Origin: Candidatus Poribacteria bacterium
GTDB taxonomy: Bacteria; Poribacteria; WGA-4E; WGA-3G
Length of the DNA stretch: 64,000 nt
Reading direction: 5' to 3'
Assembly (NCBI GenBank): GCA_965197475.1
Contig: CBDANF010000003.1
Location: 3,072,001-3,136,000, forward strand
The position numbers and the translations under genes are program-made. Positions 58,771-64,000 of the stretch are shown here, piece by piece (within the stretch, counting starts at the first letter, position 1; the number at the start of each line of letters is the position of its first letter). The notes under the pieces were generated by a model that saw nothing but the letters and a program-made list of their open reading frames with translations, had not been told where the DNA came from and made no database searches.

Positions 58771-59451
58771 TCAACTCAACTTTTCTGCCCATTCACTCAA
58801 CACCCGCGCCATTTCAACAAAAACGTCCTCATCAGATTGACGCGAACGTTTTAGGATTTTGAATCCATGGTCAGCGGTGTCCAGCAGATGTAAAATCGTC
58901 TTGTCGCCAAGTTTTTCGCAGACGGGTTCCAACAACTCAAGATTTGCCAACTTATCGCGTGTGCCAGACAGGAATAGCATTGGAATTGTGACATCAGCCA
59001 GGTGTTCCGCGCGTTCCGTGCCTTCTCTACCAGAAGGATGCAACGGAAAAGCAAAGAAAACAAGTCCACGCACATGTTCAATCGGTGCTTTTGCTGCAGA
59101 CATTGAGGACATACGTCCGCTATAGGAGTGTCCGCCGACGAGGATGGACAGATCGCTTGCTGCTTCATGTGCAGCAGCTGCAGCAGATCGGACTGTTTGC
59201 AGCGCAACCGCCTCTGATTCTCTGCCGCCACCACCCCGTTCCATGTAAGGAAACTGATATCGGAACGTTGCGATGCCGATATCTGCTAATCGTTCGGAGA
59301 TGGTCTGAAGTGTTGAATGGCGCATATTTGTGCCTGCGCCATGCCCAAGCACTAACAGCCATTTTGCGTTGTCTGGACGGATTAGAAGTGAGGAGACCTC
59401 ACCTTTTTCTGGTGTTGCGATAAACTTCGATTCAATTGCTTCATAATTCAT
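58771..59451 (-). CDS. Alpha/beta hydrolase (KANL3/Tex30-like)
   Basis: LGHGAG, FPYM, GGHSYSGR, FPLHP, GTRD and DHGF. Confidence 0.85.
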   Translation of the reverse strand: MNYEAIESKFIATPEKGEVSSLLIRPDNAKWLLVLGHGAGTNMRHSTLQTISERLADIGIATFRYQFPYMERGGGGRESEAVALQTVRSAAAAAHEAASDLSILVGGHSYSGRMSSMSAAKAPIEHVRGLVFFAFPLHPSGREGTERAEHLADVTIPMLFLSGTRDKLANLELLEPVCEKLGDKTILHLLDTADHGFKILKRSRQSDEDVFVEMARVLSEWAEKLS

Positions 59452-59470
59452 TTTTTCTCCCTTCAGTTGC

Positions 59471-59493
59471 TATAGTAAAACCTATAATTACTT
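59471..59493. repeat. Isolated copy of the IS630 end
   Basis: tatagtaaaacctataattactt, 22/23 identical to 60987-61009 and in the same orientation. Confidence 0.75.
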
Positions 59494-59505
59494 GAACCCT
59501 ATTAG

Positions 59506-59530
59506 CAGCGCGCTTACAAAACGCGCCTAC
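59506..59530 (-). repeat. GTAG-type REP-like palindrome
   Basis: Reverse complement gtaggcgcgttttgtaagcgcgctg matches 7063-7087. Confidence 0.7.
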
Positions 59531-59547
59531 AAGACTAAAATTGAATT

Positions 59548-60180
59548 CTACAGTAAACACTGTTGCACAACATCTCGGTAGGTTTCTAACCCTACAGTCT
59601 CTAACCCTTTTACCTTAGCCATATCGTCCCATCGCCGTAAGGTGAGCGCGTCCCGAAAATGCGGAATTTGTTCAAATGCCTCCTGCTCTTTATCAGACAT
59701 AACACCTCCCTGAAGTTTGAGACTCGTTTTTGACGCATTGGATAACCCATCATAGTAGATAGCATCAATCGTGCATAAATATTTTTTCGCTGGCACATGT
59801 AGTCGGATTGGCGTTGTAACGGCTTCCGGAAAGAACGGTTCCAGATATTGCGCGCCAATCTCCTCGTGATTCAGGTCGGCATCCAGAAAGGCAATATCCG
59901 CATTGTGTTCATCTAAGATAAAATGTCCGATGTCGTGGAGTAATGCGCTCGTAATCAGCGTGGGACTCGCATTCTTCTGCTTGGCAAGCGTAGCACATTG
60001 GAGTGCGTGTTCTAACTGTGTTACGGCCTCATCGTAAAACGACTGCCCTTTATTTTCTATGTAGTTGAATAGGATGTCAACCTTTTGCTCTGGTGTTGCG
60101 GTGCTCATTTCCTGTGCTAAGGTAAGATCAACGAACTTTTCAACGCCGCTTGCAAGTTGAAATTTGTTATTACTGGGCAT
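59548..60180 (-). CDS. PhnZ/TmpB-like HD-domain diiron oxygenase
   Basis: Y.EAVTQLEHALQCA, LLHDIGH, HE..G, HVPAKKYL, LS.AS..SL..QGG and LRRWDD.AK. Confidence 0.88.
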   Translation of the reverse strand: MPSNNKFQLASGVEKFVDLTLAQEMSTATPEQKVDILFNYIENKGQSFYDEAVTQLEHALQCATLAKQKNASPTLITSALLHDIGHFILDEHNADIAFLDADLNHEEIGAQYLEPFFPEAVTTPIRLHVPAKKYLCTIDAIYYDGLSNASKTSLKLQGGVMSDKEQEAFEQIPHFRDALTLRRWDDMAKVKGLETVGLETYRDVVQQCLL

Positions 60181-60955
60181 GATTTACTGCTTTTCCTTGA
60201 AAATGTGCGATTTTGCTAATTTGTTCGTCTCGATTTGAACCTTCTTTTGCATATTGTGCAAAGGCTTGCCGTTTGTCAGCATAATACTGCTCACGCCAGT
60301 CTCCTTGCGATTTTGCGTTATAGGTGAGATAGATAATACGTCTCGGTTCATTTGAGCGGTTAGTGGGACTCTTATGTGGAATGTAAGAGCCGAAAAGTAG
60401 GATGTCTCCAGGATCTGTAGGAACGGGGACCCACTCCATTGCAACGGCAGTTTCGGGAGCGACACAACCCTTTTCATCCAGCGCGATAAACCCTTCCTGA
60501 TGCCTACCTGGAGCAAAATAGAGACATCCGCTTTGTGGTGTTGCTGAATCCACTGAAATTAGACAGGTAATATGGAAATCCACGAACTCGTAGGCGGGAG
60601 CGTCCTGATGCGCAGCGTAACCGCCGCCACCGGGATACTTGTAATTGATTTTCTCTTTGTAGAGAATTGCTGGTTCTGTCATCAAATCAGAAACAACTTC
60701 TAAAACTTTACCGCCTGTTACGGTGTTTTTTATATCGGTATGATACGGCACAAAATTTTCCGAACGAGAGAGTCGTGCGCCATTTGGTGTTGATTCGTAG
60801 TGATGCATCCACTTGTCTTCTGTCGTTTCCCAAGATGAGATTTCAGAGACACACGTTTGTAAAGCGTCTATCTCTTCGGTACTGAAAAAGCCAGGGATTT
60901 TCAGAAAACCGTTGTTTTCCCAGTCACAGTAAATTGCTGAATTGAGGTAAGTCAT
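60170..60955 (-). CDS. PhnY-like Fe/2-oxoglutarate dioxygenase (phytanoyl-CoA dioxygenase family)
   Basis: KEKINYK.PGG.G..AHQD (HxD), PHKS..N and RR..YLTYN. It overlaps the PhnZ-like gene. Confidence 0.85.
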   Translation of the reverse strand: MTYLNSAIYCDWENNGFLKIPGFFSTEEIDALQTCVSEISSWETTEDKWMHHYESTPNGARLSRSENFVPYHTDIKNTVTGGKVLEVVSDLMTEPAILYKEKINYKYPGGGGYAAHQDAPAYEFVDFHITCLISVDSATPQSGCLYFAPGRHQEGFIALDEKGCVAPETAVAMEWVPVPTDPGDILLFGSYIPHKSPTNRSNEPRRIIYLTYNAKSQGDWREQYYADKRQAFAQYAKEGSNRDEQISKIAHFQGKAVNHAQ

Positions 60956-60986
60956 AATTCCATCCTTGAAGGAACTTTCTTGCTTT

Positions 60987-61912
60987 TATAGTAAAACCTG
61001 TAATTACTTATACACTTTTATAATATCATCAATATATAATATCATCAATAGAGGTCTCAGCGTTGTATTGACGTATCCGCTTGATGTTAGCGAAATCCTT
61101 CTCAATCGGATTCAACTCCGGGGAATACGGCGGTAAAAACAACAAACTCGCACCGCATTCCCGGATCAATGCCGCCGTCTGTGAACCTTTGTGGAAAGGG
61201 GCATTATCCATAATCACAACGTGGCTGTCGTCAAGCAAAGGACATAACATCTCCGAAAGCCATGCGTTGAAGGCAACCGCATCGCAACTACCTTCGAAAA
61301 GCACAGGCACTGTGAAACATCCATCAAGACGTGCCGCAATCAAGGTTGTGGTGGTATACCGATGACTTGGCACTTTATCTTCAACACGGACACCTTTCGG
61401 GCATAAGCATACCGACGGAAATCGGTTTCGGTGAAACCACTTTCGTCAAGATAAACCGGTTTTTTGCCATGCTCGTGTGTCTCTTGTTGAAGTGCCGAGA
61501 GATACTCTTGGCGTTTTACCGGACACTGTTCTTTGTAGGTCGTGGTCTTTTTTTCGCGTGATATTGAGTTTTGCCAAGGCATAAAAGATGCCGTTTGTTG
61601 AAACACCGAAGTGTTTGGCACGTTCGGCGAGTGTGCTATCGGGAAAATCGGCAACATGTTGTTGAAGCGCATCATAATCAATGTGTCGGGGCCCTTTGGG
61701 ACCCGGCTTCTCATAGGCAAAGGGGTCTTCTGCTTCTAACCAGTTATAGATCGTCCTTCTTGAGACACCGAAGGTGCGTTCTGCGGCGGCTTTACTGCCA
61801 CCATTATTGATGAAATCAAGCACGCTTTTGCGTCCATCTGTTGAATATGCCATAATCATAAAGGCTAACATAAATCACAGAAAATGTAAACTTATTTTTG
61901 GGATCTACTATA
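60987..61912 (-). mobile_element. IS630-family element, decayed
   Basis: TATAGTA termini; HTH orf from 61853 (MAYSTD.RK.VL); DDE motifs YLDESGF, MDNAPFH and LPPYSPELNPIE. Lesions: extra frameshift near 61400 and a 16-bp tandem duplication at 61019-61050. Confidence 0.85.
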
Positions 61913-61989
61913 ATATAACGTGTATAAGGTTTTTTGTCAAATTTTAGTGTTTGTGAAGTGTCGGAGAGGAGAATGAAATGCCTACCTTT

Positions 61990-63741
61990 TTAATCTTTTG
62001 TTGTGGGCTTTGAACTAAACTGAAGCACGTTAGTTGGGTCTGCGACTTCCATCCGATAATCCCACCACCCATTATAATCTCCAGAAAGGATCGTCAAGGT
62101 GTTCCAGCCTTCCTTCAAGGGTAATTCAAAATGCGCCCACCAGGAAAATAGATGTTTGCCTGGGATAGCAGCACCAGGAATCTCAACCCCGTTAAGATAA
62201 AGTCTTCCGAGATTGCTTCCCCACCCAATCTGTGCAAAAACACGCCGTGCATCAGGACTCTTGATATAGGTTATGCCGAAACCGTAAGCCATCTCAGCGT
62301 TTTCGAAGATAGCATCTAATTTGATCCGTTCCTTTTCAGATAGATGTTCTTGCCAAGTGATTTTTCCTGATTTACCTTGATAGGTTTTATTAAGATTAAT
62401 ATCGTGTAGAGGAATTTCAAGAAAACTTTGTGGAACGTCTTTTGAGTCAGCGGGTGCTTTTTCTACGCCGAGGTCAAATGGTCCGAGAAGCATCCAATTT
62501 TTTAGGACGCGCATGTGTTCTCTGGCAATAGGGTGAAACAATTGCCTGCTGCTTAATAATTGTTCGCCACCGTATAGTACGGAATACTTGTAGATAGGAA
62601 ATGGGAGGAAGTCACCCGATGGAACTGAAAAGGTGACAGCCGTTTTTGTAGTTTGCCCAGGTTTTGCTTCAAAAGATAATTGATTTGGAGAAATCTGCCA
62701 ATTCTGACTCGGATCGAAAGCTATTTCAACTTTCAGCAGTTTTTCAAGCGTATTTTCCAGCGAGATTTCAAGACTTCCACTGGAAAATGGATTATCTTTG
62801 TTGAGATAAAATTCAGGCTTAAAGGTAAGTAGTTTGGAAACTTTGTCTTTAAATGCTGCGGTTGAAAGGTCTGCTGGGTGGATGTTGCCCGGTTCGATAA
62901 TCGCGATATTGACATCTTTGTTGTCAACGGTTACGAGACTGTAGTGGTCAAATGCACCGTATTCCCGCACTGCCTGCGGTGTAAATCCGCCACCAGTAGC
63001 ACCAAGCACAAAGTATCGGCGGTCGTTGCGTGTATGAAGTGTCAGGTTATGATAGTGCCCCGCAAAGACTGTATATGCGCGTTCTCCGAGTACTGCTTCA
63101 ATTTCTTCCCAGCCGGAATGTTTCTGCAGCCATAAAGGTCTGTGCAACATGACAAACGTATGCCGCACATCCGTGTGTTGTGTCAATTGGGATTTCACAT
63201 ATTCAATCTGTTCTTCCCCAAACCAGTTCGTCCATTCACCACTGTTTGTGTGCCATTCTTCAGTATTGAGCAATAGAAATAGACAATTTTTGTAGGTAAA
63301 TGCCGAATAGGTTCGTCCGATGTTTTTCTTCCAATAATCATACATAACTGGATTGGTAATGTCATGGTTGCCCGGTAATGGTAGGAATGGGACGATTAAA
63401 TCGGATTGATGATCCCAAAATTCTTGCCATTCTGCTGCGAGTTGATCCTCGTCTGTTGTGTCGCCTTGTATTAAATCCCCAACCATGATGGCAAAGTCCG
63501 GTTTCAATGTGTTGATTTCATCTATTGCGCGGTCAAATACCGGCCACTTATCTAATCCTCCGCCAGTTTTATCTCCAATTATAGCGAAAGTGAACTTGTC
63601 AGGGTCTTCAGAAAAAGGGCGTTCAACAATAGGAATTCGGTCTGGAAAATCGGGTTTTTGGGCAGTGGTTGTAACGTTCGCCAGAAAAAATAGAACAGCA
63701 AACATCACAAAAATTCTCAGCGCGTGAGCATACTTAGACAT
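61990..63741 (-). CDS. Secreted calcineurin-like metallophosphoesterase with C-terminal beta-rich domains
   Basis: Signal peptide and motifs GDKTGG, VGDL, PGNHD, HRP and FAGHYH. Confidence 0.88.
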   Translation of the reverse strand: MSKYAHALRIFVMFAVLFFLANVTTTAQKPDFPDRIPIVERPFSEDPDKFTFAIIGDKTGGGLDKWPVFDRAIDEINTLKPDFAIMVGDLIQGDTTDEDQLAAEWQEFWDHQSDLIVPFLPLPGNHDITNPVMYDYWKKNIGRTYSAFTYKNCLFLLLNTEEWHTNSGEWTNWFGEEQIEYVKSQLTQHTDVRHTFVMLHRPLWLQKHSGWEEIEAVLGERAYTVFAGHYHNLTLHTRNDRRYFVLGATGGGFTPQAVREYGAFDHYSLVTVDNKDVNIAIIEPGNIHPADLSTAAFKDKVSKLLTFKPEFYLNKDNPFSSGSLEISLENTLEKLLKVEIAFDPSQNWQISPNQLSFEAKPGQTTKTAVTFSVPSGDFLPFPIYKYSVLYGGEQLLSSRQLFHPIAREHMRVLKNWMLLGPFDLGVEKAPADSKDVPQSFLEIPLHDINLNKTYQGKSGKITWQEHLSEKERIKLDAIFENAEMAYGFGITYIKSPDARRVFAQIGWGSNLGRLYLNGVEIPGAAIPGKHLFSWWAHFELPLKEGWNTLTILSGDYNGWWDYRMEVADPTNVLQFSSKPTTKD

Positions 63742-64000
63742 ATAATTCTCCTGGACATGTAGGTTTTACGAACATATCCCTTGCAAATAATTTTCTTACG
63801 TGTTAGTATAACGCACAAGGAATCTTTTGTCAAAGTACTGAAAGCTATTACCTATTCGGATGATACGCTAATAAACCTACACATATTTTATACGTCAAAC
63901 GGACAACTATGTAACATTGTTATAGTATAATCCTTAAGCGTCTCCAACATAGCCACACTGTGATTCGCCAACATATCTGTTGACTGTATGCAAAGGACAT

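Noticed and set aside
63921-64000. Possible 3' end of a minus-strand gene (..CPLHTVNRYVGESQCGYVGDA*) next to a TATAGTA IS-like end
   Set aside because: Too short and cut by the window edge to support a call.
1-64000. Numerous short antisense or overlapping ORFs in the six-frame track
   Set aside because: They lie opposite or within well-supported genes and show no recognisable motifs, so they are treated as shadow ORFs.

Overview
Bacterial genomic window. The gene repertoire, abundant GTAG-type REPs/MITEs and secreted proteins resemble Candidatus Poribacteria; this is an inference, not verified. Housekeeping blocks are: tetrapyrrole operon (sirC-like, ccsA-like, hemA, hemC, cobA-hemD), leuB, ychF-like, tyrA-cmk-plsC, selD-pyrE, ymdB-xseA-xseB-dxs-yihY-tlyA-tamB-omp85 and a nucleoside-type ABC transporter. 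Accessory DNA includes a cluster of secreted/metal-binding proteins, a cargo-carrying IS1595, an IS3, a decayed IS630, ISAs1 and Schlafen-like relics, an AT-rich two-nuclease cassette and a phnY/phnZ pair. The top finding is an outer-membrane beta-barrel whose N-terminus the ORF track misses (53624-54667). It has a clean RBS and signal peptide, followed by two in-frame UGA codons (TGA-GGC-GCG-TGA) and a SECIS-like hairpin, predicting a Sec-Gly-Ala-Sec (UxxU) selenoprotein channel. A Sec-containing SelD with a similar hairpin lies in the same window. No tRNA, rRNA or CRISPR array was recognised. All calls are by eye; no searches were run.
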